64,000 bases of DNA, from contig CAZULG010000001.1 in NCBI GenBank assembly GCA_964621065.1, positions 218,124 to 282,123 of the forward strand, read 5' to 3'. Both the position numbers and the translations under genes were made by a program. The stretch is from an uncultured Methanosarcinales archaeon. GTDB taxonomy: Archaea > Nanobdellota > Nanobdellia > Woesearchaeales > UBA583. The notes below the pieces were generated by a model. That model worked only from the letters and a program-made list of their open reading frames with translations, ran no database searches and was not told the DNA's origin. Each line of letters begins with the position of its first letter. Position 1 is the first letter of the stretch. Of this stretch, positions 19,201 through 28,081 are shown piece after piece.

Positions 19201-19547
19201 AGATTAATGATAAACAAGAACTTGATGTACTAGTCATTCCTGATGAAAATACTGCGCAAATTCTTATTTCACAATATCCTCTTGGAACTTCAATGTTTAC
19301 AAGATTATTTTACTTAGACGGATTTGGAACTTCTCAGTTTGAAGAACTCACTCGAGTAAATACCCAAACAACTGGAAGAGTTATTTTGTGGAACACAATA
19401 TTTGAAGACGAAGATAACTTAACCCCTCAAGTTTCAATTGGAGATGTTTCAGTTGAAACTGGGCAAAATGCAGGAGGAACTGAACAAGATATTGAAACTG
19501 TAGAAGCTCCTGAACAAGAAGTTGTACTAGATGAGATTGTTGAATAA
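16287..19547 (+). CDS. aglB: oligosaccharyltransferase AglB (STT3 family)
   Basis: 1086 aa and multi-spanning. It has the first-loop acidic motif GIDPYFYLG, the catalytic-site WWDYG variant NSWWDFGHFF and a large C-terminal soluble domain. A Lys-rich N-terminal tail and a Q-rich insert (QQIQQLIQQQLQQQ) precede the DPYF loop. Confidence 0.85.
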   Translation: MSSKKQKPTSQYFKKNASSKHDRAKKEESKHNSTTQQHKGVEQEDFIETLKRIGTSKITHMIGIFFVLFVLMSVAYDVRTGAVDYESSWTCEVKKVFDDSTVCSLRDSIQQSIYQQIQQLIQQQLQQQYPNAQNEQFIQQELANRFNEVLETNTFQGQDLDQIVELQYQNYKDSFQSDSGQTYFTGIDPYFYLGISSNYYQNGHPGTTLDENGTSIIEYQLAPQGKTRSNIDMHSYVMSQMYNLNNLDPQSATAVEKMEATYTLPAILAMLTIIPLFFLLRSTTNTSFAIIGSLALTTLGIYLSRTQGGFVDTDGYIIFFAVLITTSLYYAFKSQALWMKLSLSGISGVFTILFQWAWGNSWFFIIFAFVGILTVIGFEILFVLKDYLRSKKNNKTINNFFKEVSTISYISKNIPGLFIGGVYFITVELLNLITRQREILTLLYEQFYSSVSNLTTSTTGNIWPNVLSSVAELQSTNVERIFSQLINQVSTELTMFITLLSLLGIFSYINSKFDYKTLFPQYHPLFTQWSFNIIYVVILFLLLFQFQQLSVNSAMLYSILLILPIFILLGVYAITRNDSYSNIQHHELFFISLLLIWFAGGIFMSLNGVRFILLLGPAFIFVIVYGLYKIIEQAVELLRLEFKNMNALKAQTIMSVFVLFISLLMLSGQINQAYAQTSSNTPNFDDSWFELMDYVQENTSEDTIINSWWDFGHFFAAIGNRGVTFDGASQGTPASYWTGNWLLTSDETRAVNILQMLSCSLNQGFEYADSIIDDNSQGVKSFHLIDELMNLEDEEEMREYLENYEEHNFTQDEIDKLLSLIHCEEPRPMSLITSEDMVQKAGVWGHWGSWNATQKYILDNYNKISIEEMSENLSLDASTVEESVNELEAIDSRARNFDVSKNDLQNQWLAPYPSYLSQPIECQIENDIVNCQNQLQINLSDQDNITTQGQITSDFDVSRIIIPSTNDLSTFEINDKQELDVLVIPDENTAQILISQYPLGTSMFTRLFYLDGFGTSQFEELTRVNTQTTGRVILWNTIFEDEDNLTPQVSIGDVSVETGQNAGGTEQDIETVEAPEQEVVLDEIVE

Positions 19548-19601
19548 TTTTCTCAATAATTTTTGATTAAATCTATTTTTTTATCAAAAATACCGTTAAA
19601 T

Positions 19602-20474
19602 TCAATTGTTCAAAATGTATTCTTTTTGAGATAGATACCAATACAACAATACTTCTAAATTTTCAATGTCTTCTATATTATATTTTTTGAGTAATTCTAA
19701 AGCGTTATCATCTCCTCGCTGATATCGCTTCCATAACTCTACTGCAAAGAATCCATCAATTTGAGCAACTTCTTCATCTCTTTGTAATCCAAGCTCTCGC
19801 TCAATTCGCTTCAATCCTCCACTCAATCCCAACTCTTTGAGCATAAAACGTAAATCTAGATGAACACATTCAAATTTTTTATTGCAAGTATGTTCAATAA
19901 AAGGCATATCAAATTGTTTTCCATTAAATGTAACAATAACATCATATTTCTCAAGCTCAAGAAATGCATCTTCAAGATCAATTCCTCTCACATAAATATG
20001 AGATGATTTCCCATCATAAATTCCTATTGTTGTAATGTAGTGATACTCTCGGCTCAGCCCAGTTGTTTCAATATCAACATACGCAGTTGAATTTGTTAAT
20101 GGAAGAAGTTTATAATGGTATTTTGATAAAAGTTTTTTTGTGAAATAATTCCAATTTTTCTTCTCAAGAGCTTCTTTTGACTCTTGAATTTGATTAATAA
20201 TGTCATTGTGAAATTTTGAAGGAATAATTGGCTCTTGCTTTTTTACTTGATAAGAAGTAGTATTACATGAGTTTAATAATTGAATATCACTGCTCAACTC
20301 TTCTTTATCTTCATTAGAAATTGAAAAGGAGTTTTTGTGAAGAATGTTTGTTGTAACATCTTGAGAAATATGCTCAATCAAATCATCCCATGAATAAATA
20401 TTATTTGAAAATAGAGTGGATTCAAGTTCTTCACTCACACCTTTTAAGTGTATAAAGCAATGCTTCATGTTCAT
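19602..20474 (-). CDS. RNase H-fold 3'-5' exonuclease-like protein (YprB/COG3359-like)
   Basis: STAYVDIETTGLS (Exo I-type DxE), VTFNGKQFDMPFIEH and the N-terminal HLKGVSEELESTLFSNNIYSWDDL pattern are typical of this family. The track start is GTG, so the first ATG is used here. Confidence 0.65.
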   Translation of the reverse strand: MNMKHCFIHLKGVSEELESTLFSNNIYSWDDLIEHISQDVTTNILHKNSFSISNEDKEELSSDIQLLNSCNTTSYQVKKQEPIIPSKFHNDIINQIQESKEALEKKNWNYFTKKLLSKYHYKLLPLTNSTAYVDIETTGLSREYHYITTIGIYDGKSSHIYVRGIDLEDAFLELEKYDVIVTFNGKQFDMPFIEHTCNKKFECVHLDLRFMLKELGLSGGLKRIERELGLQRDEEVAQIDGFFAVELWKRYQRGDDNALELLKKYNIEDIENLEVLLYWYLSQKEYILNN

Positions 20475-20550
20475 AATGTATAACACCACAAATGTATTTT
20501 TAAAAGTTTAGTCTATTATAAATAGACACTTCAAAAAATATGTAACAAAA

Positions 20551-20564
20551 CTTTATAAAATATA
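20551..20564 (+). promoter_or_regulatory. TATA-like box upstream of gatD
   Basis: ctttataaaatata is centred about 28 nt upstream of the ATG at 20584. Confidence 0.4.
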
Positions 20565-20583
20565 TCTGCTCAAATTAACTAGA

Positions 20584-21945
20584 ATGAAATCAACTATCTC
20601 GTGCATATATGAAAATACTCAACTTCAAGGAATTCTTCTCAAAGAAGATGATACTACCTACTCTATTAAAATAAAAAGTGGATATCAAGTAAGTGTTGAT
20701 AAAAAAAATTGTAGCAATGTTAAGATTACTCAAGAAACGTCTGAAAAAATAGATGCTTCACATACAACTAAAACAAATGATAAAAAATCAATATCTAAAA
20801 CAACTAATACAAAGACGAATTCTAAATTGCCAAATATTGCAATATTTCACACAGGAGGAACTATTGCAAGTAAAGTCGATTATAAAACTGGAGCAGTGAG
20901 CTCTCATTTCACACCTGAAGAATTAATCGAACAATTTCAAGAATTAAATAGTGTGGCAAATTTGCAAGCGTTTATGATTGGAAATTTGATGTCTGAAGAT
21001 TTACGCTTTGGACATTATAATATGATTCTTGAAGCAGTAAAGAAACACCACACACAATTTGATGGAATTATTGTATCACATGGAACAGATACAATGCACT
21101 ACTCTTCAGCTGCTTTGCAGTATTCTTTAAAACATTTAAACATTCCCGTTCTCTTAGTTGGTGCTCAGAGAAGTTCAGATAGAGCGTCAAGTGATGCGTT
21201 TTCTAATTTACAAGCAGCAATTACTTTTATTTCATATTCAAAACAGAGAAAAGAATCATATCAACCATCATTTAATCGAGTTGGAATTTGTATGCACAAT
21301 TCATCAAGCGATGATTCCTTTGTAATACTTGACTCAATTAATGCAAGAAAAATGCATACCTCACGAAGAGATGCATTTAAGCAAGTGAACTTTAAACCAG
21401 TTTGTGAAATTTCATCAACACATAACATTTCAAATATTCGAGAGGAATTATTTACAATCTCTCAAAATAATGAAGAGTTGACATATACCAAATATAATGA
21501 GAAATTACGAATAGGAGTACTTTATGCTCATCCTCACTTACACAAAGAAGAGATTTTACGATTAAAAGATTTGTATAATGGTGTCATTCTTGCAGGAACA
21601 GGACTTGGTCATATTGGATTGAGTGAATTTGATAACATCTCCAAGCAAAATGTTGAAAATCAAGATGCAATTAACGAAGTAGCCTCAAAAATACCTGTTT
21701 GTCTTGCAACACAATGTATTAATGGAAAAGTAAATGTAAATGTATACTCCTCTGGAAGAATCCTTCTTCAATCAGGAGTGTTAGGTAATTACTCAGCTCT
21801 TACAATTGAAACACAATTCATCAAACTAGCATATTTACTCTCAAAATATAACAAAAAGATGATTACTAATGATGAATGGTCTGAAAATAAAGAAGGATTT
21901 AATACAGCAAAAGTGGTTGATAATAACGAAGATTGTGAATATTAA
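20584..21945 (+). CDS. gatD: Glu-tRNA(Gln) amidotransferase subunit D
   Basis: 453 aa. A small N-terminal domain is followed by an asparaginase-like core with IAIFHTGGTIASKVDYKTGAV and SHGTDTMHYSSAAL. Confidence 0.85.
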   Translation: MKSTISCIYENTQLQGILLKEDDTTYSIKIKSGYQVSVDKKNCSNVKITQETSEKIDASHTTKTNDKKSISKTTNTKTNSKLPNIAIFHTGGTIASKVDYKTGAVSSHFTPEELIEQFQELNSVANLQAFMIGNLMSEDLRFGHYNMILEAVKKHHTQFDGIIVSHGTDTMHYSSAALQYSLKHLNIPVLLVGAQRSSDRASSDAFSNLQAAITFISYSKQRKESYQPSFNRVGICMHNSSSDDSFVILDSINARKMHTSRRDAFKQVNFKPVCEISSTHNISNIREELFTISQNNEELTYTKYNEKLRIGVLYAHPHLHKEEILRLKDLYNGVILAGTGLGHIGLSEFDNISKQNVENQDAINEVASKIPVCLATQCINGKVNVNVYSSGRILLQSGVLGNYSALTIETQFIKLAYLLSKYNKKMITNDEWSENKEGFNTAKVVDNNEDCEY

Positions 21946-22002
21946 AAATTTTGACATATTATTATAAAAATATCTACAATTATTGATAAGTTCTATTAGT
22001 TA

Positions 22003-22716
22003 TTATTCCCTACCTCCCATTAACTCTTCTTGCCACTCATACAACTCATCCCATTTCTTCTTGTGGGCTAGTTCTGCTTGTTTTGGCCATGTTTTAGGAG
22101 AATGTGTATGTAAGTCATTGTTGTCTAAGATTTCTTTAATTTTATACGCAGGAGTATTGGACAATTGTTTGAATGATGTAATTTTATGTTTATATAATAT
22201 TTCTTGAATAACAGGCCCCACTCCTTCAATAATAGTTAAATCGTCTTTTCTTGATGAGTTATTTTTTTGAGTTGATATAGATTCAATTCCTAAATCATCC
22301 TTTGAAGTTGAAGTAGAAGCAGATGAATACATTATGTGTTTATTTCTTCCATAAGAATGATAAAGCTTATATCCTTCATATGCAATTAATAATACGATAA
22401 TTAAATAAAATACAGTGTTAAAAAATGCAAAAAAAGGAATCCCATTACCTAGATATTCAAACGTTCGTCTCATTACACTTAAAAATAACATTATGCTATA
22501 CGCCCAAAATAAAATTCTCATCACAAATGTTTGAAATGGAGCATAATTACTCAATAGAGCAATGTAATATGAAACCATGGCTCCAATTGTTCCAAATACA
22601 ATCCAACTAGATTCAAACAATGAAAATGATAGATTCCAGGGATATAAATAAATTGTATTAATAATTAACAATATTGCAAATACAATAAAAATATGAAATC
22701 TTCGTTTACTAATCAT
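22003..22716 (-). CDS. membrane protein with C-terminal helix-hairpin-helix-like domain
   Basis: 237 aa. Four or five N-terminal helices are followed by DDLTIIEGVGPVIQEILYKHKITSFKQLSNT...WPKQAELAHKKKWDEL, a widespread DLT.IEGIGP HhH-type module. Confidence 0.55.
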   Translation of the reverse strand: MISKRRFHIFIVFAILLIINTIYLYPWNLSFSLFESSWIVFGTIGAMVSYYIALLSNYAPFQTFVMRILFWAYSIMLFLSVMRRTFEYLGNGIPFFAFFNTVFYLIIVLLIAYEGYKLYHSYGRNKHIMYSSASTSTSKDDLGIESISTQKNNSSRKDDLTIIEGVGPVIQEILYKHKITSFKQLSNTPAYKIKEILDNNDLHTHSPKTWPKQAELAHKKKWDELYEWQEELMGGRE

Positions 22717-22833
22717 ATTTATTCTACGAATTAATTATTTATAAAACTTGCTATTTGTTATCACTCTTTAATTACTAATTTGTTAAATTTTATACAAATA
22801 TTTAAATACTTTAAAATAACATGTTATGCTTAG

Positions 22834-23292
22834 ATGGATAAAAATGTACTATTAACAAATTTAGAATATATGAAGTCTGATATATATTACTTATCAAATA
22901 AAATAGCTTCAATTGAAACTCACTCACATAATTATCAACATGATGAACAAAAGAATGAATTAGCAATTATACAAATAAGAGATACTATTCAAGAATTTAG
23001 CAAGCAATTACAACGAGCACTTAAAAGAATAGAGGAATTAGAGCTTAATCAAGAACATACGTCTGAATACATTGATGATATTGACTCAAAAACACGTAAA
23101 AATGAACAAGAAATTTCCAAAATGTCAACTCAACACTCTTTTACAAGTGGAGAAATAGAAGCATTGAAAGCTAAATTAAGTGAAGTAGAAGAGTCATTGA
23201 ATTCTCAAATTAGTAATATTTATGATAATGTATTTAATGAAATTTTAAATTTAAAGCAAGAAATTGAAATTCTTAAAACAAACAAAAAATAG
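22834..23292 (+). CDS. coiled-coil protein, unknown function
   Basis: 152 aa, heptad-rich and Glu/Lys/Gln/Ile-rich, with no TM segment. Confidence 0.45.
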   Translation: MDKNVLLTNLEYMKSDIYYLSNKIASIETHSHNYQHDEQKNELAIIQIRDTIQEFSKQLQRALKRIEELELNQEHTSEYIDDIDSKTRKNEQEISKMSTQHSFTSGEIEALKAKLSEVEESLNSQISNIYDNVFNEILNLKQEIEILKTNKK

Positions 23293-23294
23293 TT

Positions 23295-23585
23295 CTACCA
23301 CATTCCTTTTTTTTTAATATATACACTGTGTCCCCATTGAACACACAAATCAAAATTTAATAATTTCAAATGTAATGGAACATCACATGCTCCAAAACAA
23401 GGTCCAAAATATGAAAAAAATATAGTTTGAGGAGCGTGCTTATTCAAATAATCAATTACTTCTTTTGCATAATATTTTAGTCCATCTGGGAATTGTAAAA
23501 CAACCATTTTATTTCCATTTTTTTCTATTTGTTTCACTAAAACATCAAGTTCCAAATTATAGTATGTAGAAAATGTCTCTTCCAT
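23295..23585 (-). pseudogene. dph2: Dph2 (diphthamide synthesis, 2-(3-amino-3-carboxypropyl)histidine synthase) N-terminal fragment
   Basis: MVVLQFPDGLKYYAKEVIDYLNK....FGACDVPLHLKLLNFDLCVQWGHS parallels P. horikoshii Dph2 residues about 20-90 (LIQSPEGLRREA...YGACD....CDALIHLGHS). The ORF then ends (..VYIKKKGMW*), and about 240 aa of a normal Dph2 are missing. Confidence 0.6.
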
Positions 23586-23682
23586 AAAAACATGAGTATG
23601 GCTATGTTTAAAAATATTCTTATATGATGAATACTGTGTAATGAATACATTCATTTTTATACTCATAAAAACATAAACTTGT

Positions 23683-24621
23683 ATGGGGTTTTTAAAAACA
23701 TTACTGACTGGAAAACGAGATGAGTTAAGTGAAGAAGAAAGAGAACGATTTGAAGCTGCTCATGGAAATCTTGGTGAATACCAACCAGATAATGGAGGTT
23801 CATCTCAATTAGAAGAAGAATCTATTTCTAAAGAAGATGAAGTTTCTCAAAGTAGCGAATATTTACATTCATCTCACATAAGTCTTAATGATGTATTAAC
23901 ATATATTAGAAATAACTGTAGTGAAAATGAACTCGTTAAAATTAAAAACACTATAGCATATGTTGAAGATAGACAAATTGATTCAGATATTTCTAGTTTA
24001 GAAGAAGATGATTTTGAAGTCTCTACATCTGTGCAAGATTCTTCAGAGACTGTAGAAGAGCAATCTCAAAATAATAAACATCAAGAAGAGGAAGATTATA
24101 TAGAAATAGAAGGATATTCTCAAAGTGATAAAAAAGAAGAAAAGAGTAATTCATTTGATGATGATAATGATAATACGTTTGAAGAAGATAATTCAAAAAT
24201 TACTTCTGAAAATTTAGAAGATGATGATACTGTTGTGAGTGTTAATAATAACGATAATTCCACAAATTCAGATATAGACCCCCCTCTATTTAGTGTGATT
24301 CATGATGAATTAATGGAATTATTTGAAGATGGAACAGTTGTGTTGTTAAAAGAGGAATTTACATTCCCCTCAATTGGCAATAGAGAGACGCTAGCATTTG
24401 GAATTTATAATTCCTCTCTTTCAAATATTAAAGATCAAACACATTGGTTTGTTCAAAAATTAAAACAATTTTCTCGTCTAAAAGAGTGTAAAATGCTCCT
24501 AAGTGAAGAGTATGAGAAAGATTTAATTTTAGAAATTAATGAAAAACATGCAATATTACTTTGCTTTAAAACTTCAAATTTGATACAAGATGAATTTATA
24601 TTTAATAGAAAATGGAACTAA
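23683..24621 (+). CDS. highly acidic protein with a folded C-terminal domain, unknown function
   Basis: 312 aa. It begins MGFLKTLLTGKR, has long Asp/Glu/Ser-rich stretches and a C-terminal roughly 110-aa non-repetitive region. Its 3' end overlaps the next gene by 10 nt. Confidence 0.5.
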   Translation: MGFLKTLLTGKRDELSEEERERFEAAHGNLGEYQPDNGGSSQLEEESISKEDEVSQSSEYLHSSHISLNDVLTYIRNNCSENELVKIKNTIAYVEDRQIDSDISSLEEDDFEVSTSVQDSSETVEEQSQNNKHQEEEDYIEIEGYSQSDKKEEKSNSFDDDNDNTFEEDNSKITSENLEDDDTVVSVNNNDNSTNSDIDPPLFSVIHDELMELFEDGTVVLLKEEFTFPSIGNRETLAFGIYNSSLSNIKDQTHWFVQKLKQFSRLKECKMLLSEEYEKDLILEINEKHAILLCFKTSNLIQDEFIFNRKWN

Positions 24622-25160
24622 ATAATTATTATAATTCTTCTAGAAAAGGACAAGGATTTCCTGTTCAAATGGTGCTATATACTATATTGGGACTTGTATT
24701 ATTATCGATGGGATTTTTTTTAACAAATACTATTTTTCAAAGTGGAGATGATTTTTCTCAAGACTTAAGTAATCAACTTCGAACAAATATTAATGAGAGA
24801 TACTGTGATGGAAGTTCGTATCTTTGTTCTCCTGTGATTACGCTCAGAGGAAGTGGGAGCGATGTTTCAACTATTAATGCAGTAAATTTAGGCCCAGAAA
24901 ATGAAGAATTTACACTTCACATTAACTCCCACTCTGATTCTCGAGATCAACTCAACTCAAGTTGTGGTACATTGTTATTTGATTATTATGACTTAAGCGT
25001 GGAGATTGATAGTAGAACATCTGCACAAATTCCTATTGCATTTTCTAAAGAAAATATTAATCAAAGACCGTGTTCGTTTACAACAACAATGTATTTAGAA
25101 AATAGTGTAGGAGATGAGGTTGAGAATTCAAGAACTCCTCTGACAATTCGAATTGAATAA
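24612..25160 (+). CDS. pilin-like secreted protein (possible class III signal peptide)
   Basis: SSRKGQGFPVQMVLYTILGLVLLSMGFFL has a basic-Gly-(Q)-Gly site followed by a hydrophobic helix, as in archaeal prepilins. The body contains Cys pairs. Confidence 0.5.
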   Translation: MELNNYYNSSRKGQGFPVQMVLYTILGLVLLSMGFFLTNTIFQSGDDFSQDLSNQLRTNINERYCDGSSYLCSPVITLRGSGSDVSTINAVNLGPENEEFTLHINSHSDSRDQLNSSCGTLLFDYYDLSVEIDSRTSAQIPIAFSKENINQRPCSFTTTMYLENSVGDEVENSRTPLTIRIE

Positions 25161-25203
25161 ATAAATATAGAAGATTGAAAAAATGAAAAATTATAAATCA
25201 AAT

Positions 25204-25881
25204 CTATTTAGAATTTAAATAATAATATTTTTCAAGTTGAATAACTTTTGCTTTTAGAGCATGCAAAATATTTGAACAATTAGAGAATCCTTGCATTTCA
25301 TCTTCCCACAGTTCATGATGATCTAAATTTCCTGCAAGAATCGTTCTCAAATGTGTTAGTTTTCCATATATTGTCTCTGCTTTTAATTGCTTATCATCAA
25401 AATGTTTTAACTCATTTGATGTTTTGAATAATTCCTTAAACTCATTTTCTTGCCATAACAGAACTTCCTGAAGTTGTTTTTCAAGTAAGAAGATATCTTC
25501 AAAATAAGAGTATATCTCCTCATTCATTAACAAGAGCGTGAGTGAAGTGATAGTATTTTTAAATACTTCTTGTCTGTTGATTTGTTTTTTTAACTCTTTG
25601 AACTCTTCATGAATATGGAGTACTTCTTGAATGAACTCTTCAACTTCTTTTGATTTCAAGTATTCTTTGAATTCTTCTTCATTCGTGTGTTGAAATTTAT
25701 AGATAATATGATTTGCTTCTTCAAGTACATCCTCTTGTGTATTTTTGAGTGTTACTAATTGAGCTCCCCATAATTTAGCTTCTTGATTAATAAAAAGATT
25801 TAAACATTTATACATGTCTTTAAAGAGTTGTTCAGGACTATTCTTCTTCTTTACCATCAGTGAGAGAATTTTAGTTATCAT
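25204..25881 (-). CDS. helical cytoplasmic protein, unknown function
   Basis: 225-aa ORF directly downstream of atpI. It is all-helical by composition and does not resemble any A-ATPase subunit. Confidence 0.45.
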   Translation of the reverse strand: MITKILSLMVKKKNSPEQLFKDMYKCLNLFINQEAKLWGAQLVTLKNTQEDVLEEANHIIYKFQHTNEEEFKEYLKSKEVEEFIQEVLHIHEEFKELKKQINRQEVFKNTITSLTLLLMNEEIYSYFEDIFLLEKQLQEVLLWQENEFKELFKTSNELKHFDDKQLKAETIYGKLTHLRTILAGNLDHHELWEDEMQGFSNCSNILHALKAKVIQLEKYYYLNSK

Positions 25882-25916
25882 ATTTAAATGTTGAGATAAG
25901 AATATTAAATATTATG

Positions 25917-27638
25917 TTACTCTTCTTTAGTTTTCACACCAAAGGGTTTAAATTCTCGTCCTCCACCTTCGTAAAATTTTGAGAAAAATTCAACGTAATG
26001 AAGTCTTAAGCTTTGCAGAAAACTCTCAAAATTACCTAAAACGATATTAAATACATGACCTAGTGTAAATAATGTAATCCCAAAAATTGCTCCAACAATT
26101 CCACTTTGAATAAGTGGAACTGAAAAATCGTTTATCAATACAGCAATTGCAATTGAAGAAATACCAACTGCCATTAAACGTGCATATGACATAATATTTG
26201 TAAAGAGTGTTGGAATTTCAATAACTCCTTGAAATCCATGTCCAATATAGAGCAATACAATTGTGAGCAAGATACATCCATATCCAACATAAGATAAACT
26301 TGCATACGAAGTAGTCATTGACAAATAAATAAATAGAGCTCCTAGTTGCAGAATCATCCATGATACATAATCTGTAAATACTTTTTTAATTGAATGTTTA
26401 ATTGAATTCATAATTCCAATCAAAAAACCTAAATTTAAGTGAAAGAGTCCGAATATGAGTGCTATAATGAGCAAAGTTTCTGGATAATTTGCCCTGTGAA
26501 ATTCAAATGCAAATAATTTTGGCTCAAATCCGAAATATTCTCCATAAATAATTCCAAAAACCATAGATGAAACAGCGCTAAGTTGCATCACATTCAGTAT
26601 ATTTTTCAAATTTGGTAATTTGTATTTTAAAAAAGCAAAAAATAAAAATGACGTTACTCCATATCCAAAATCTCCAAGAATAAATCCAAAAAACAATGGG
26701 AAAAATAACATCATAATAACTGATGGATCAATTTCTTTATATTTTGGAAATGAGTAAAATGATAGGAGCGATTCAAAAGATTTTGAAAGACCTGTATTTG
26801 GAAGTAGTACAGGAGCAGTTTTTGAATTAGCAGGTATAACTTCCATCTCATAAGAATCGGCGAGTTCTCTTTTTAGAGCAATATCTAATTGATGGATCTC
26901 TTTATTAGGAACAAATCCTTGCAATATGATATGGTGTTTTGATTGTTTGAAGTATTCTTTTGAACGTTCAACTTCCAACTCTTTTGACAATTTGAGTTCT
27001 TGAGCCTGGAGGTGTCTCAAATTAGCATTTGCTAAAATTGTGAGTTGTTTATTAATGTAGTTAAGTTCTTTTTCTATTTCTTTTTGTGAAGATTGCTCAG
27101 ATTGTTTTACAGGAATAAAATACTCTTTGTATTTAAAGGAAACTGAAATAGGTGAATAAAAATATGTTCGAGATTGATGTGTATACAATCTCACTCCTCG
27201 AGTTGATTTTTTATGGTTTTCAATTAAAGCTGATTTTGAAGCATCAACATAACCAACTACTCCTTGTTCAATTTTTCTTGGTGTGAGATATAATTGCTTT
27301 TTTACTCTTTCTCTGAGTTTTGAGTCTTTTACCTGAATTTGGAGTTGTTCTAGTTCTTGCTTTCTATCAATTAAAGAGTATACTCTATTTGCAACATCAT
27401 TTGAATACGAACCTTCCATTTGAACAAAGTAAGGTTTAAGATGAGATATGATTGAGCGAATTGAAACTAACTCTTCTGATTCAACGTTAATGTCGTTTCT
27501 TTCAATATTATTTAGAGATAAATATTGTGATTCAAAAAATTCAACAAGTCTTAAATCATAGAGAAGATGTATCAAAGAGTCAATTTTACGTTGTGGTATT
27601 AATAGAGAAATTTCACTCATCTCAACTGATCTTCTCAT
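25917..27638 (-). CDS. atpI: A-type (V-type) ATP synthase subunit I
   Basis: 573 aa. A soluble coiled N-terminal half is followed by a membrane half with the essential Arg context MSYARLMAVGISS and the C-terminal signature LRLHYVEFFSKFYEGGGREFKPF. Confidence 0.85.
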   Translation of the reverse strand: MRRSVEMSEISLLIPQRKIDSLIHLLYDLRLVEFFESQYLSLNNIERNDINVESEELVSIRSIISHLKPYFVQMEGSYSNDVANRVYSLIDRKQELEQLQIQVKDSKLRERVKKQLYLTPRKIEQGVVGYVDASKSALIENHKKSTRGVRLYTHQSRTYFYSPISVSFKYKEYFIPVKQSEQSSQKEIEKELNYINKQLTILANANLRHLQAQELKLSKELEVERSKEYFKQSKHHIILQGFVPNKEIHQLDIALKRELADSYEMEVIPANSKTAPVLLPNTGLSKSFESLLSFYSFPKYKEIDPSVIMMLFFPLFFGFILGDFGYGVTSFLFFAFLKYKLPNLKNILNVMQLSAVSSMVFGIIYGEYFGFEPKLFAFEFHRANYPETLLIIALIFGLFHLNLGFLIGIMNSIKHSIKKVFTDYVSWMILQLGALFIYLSMTTSYASLSYVGYGCILLTIVLLYIGHGFQGVIEIPTLFTNIMSYARLMAVGISSIAIAVLINDFSVPLIQSGIVGAIFGITLFTLGHVFNIVLGNFESFLQSLRLHYVEFFSKFYEGGGREFKPFGVKTKEE

Positions 27639-27934
27639 TTTTTCATTCCCTCCATAAATTTATTTATTATTTGTTCAGTATCAACTTCTATATGAATTTT
27701 CTTTGCTCTACTTTGAGCAGTTGTAATTATATCTTGAGCCATCGATTCAATATGCTGTTTTTCTTCTTCAAACTTTTCTCTATACGTATCTTCAATATGT
27801 TGAATCTGAGACTTATATTCTTCGTCTAACGATAATTTTTGTTTTTCAAATGATTTACTTAAAGATTTACTGTATTGTTCAATTTCTTTTTCTACAGAAT
27901 CTTCAATTAAGAGTGTTTTTTGTATTGAACTCAT
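27635..27934 (-). CDS. atpH: A-type ATP synthase subunit H-like small helical protein
   Basis: 99 aa, fully helical and Glu/Lys/Gln-rich. Its TGA overlaps the atpI ATG (ATGA), matching the usual H-I order. Confidence 0.55.
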   Translation of the reverse strand: MSSIQKTLLIEDSVEKEIEQYSKSLSKSFEKQKLSLDEEYKSQIQHIEDTYREKFEEEKQHIESMAQDIITTAQSRAKKIHIEVDTEQIINKFMEGMKK

Positions 27935-28081
27935 ATACTCAAATTAATTGTTATTGTCTTTATAAGATTTGTGTAATTTAAATTAGTTTTATGAAATCAT
28001 CAACATATTAATGTCAATTTGTTTATTTTTTGTAAAGGAATGTTTATAAATGTTTTTTTAGTAGTATATTACAGAGAGCGT

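Noticed and set aside
25204-25881. 225-aa gene downstream of atpI considered as a divergent ATPase subunit E or C
   Set aside because: It has no resemblance to the Ala/Glu/Lys-rich N-terminal helix and C-terminal globular domain of subunit E. It is too short for subunit C and not hydrophobic enough for subunit K. I leave it as hypothetical.
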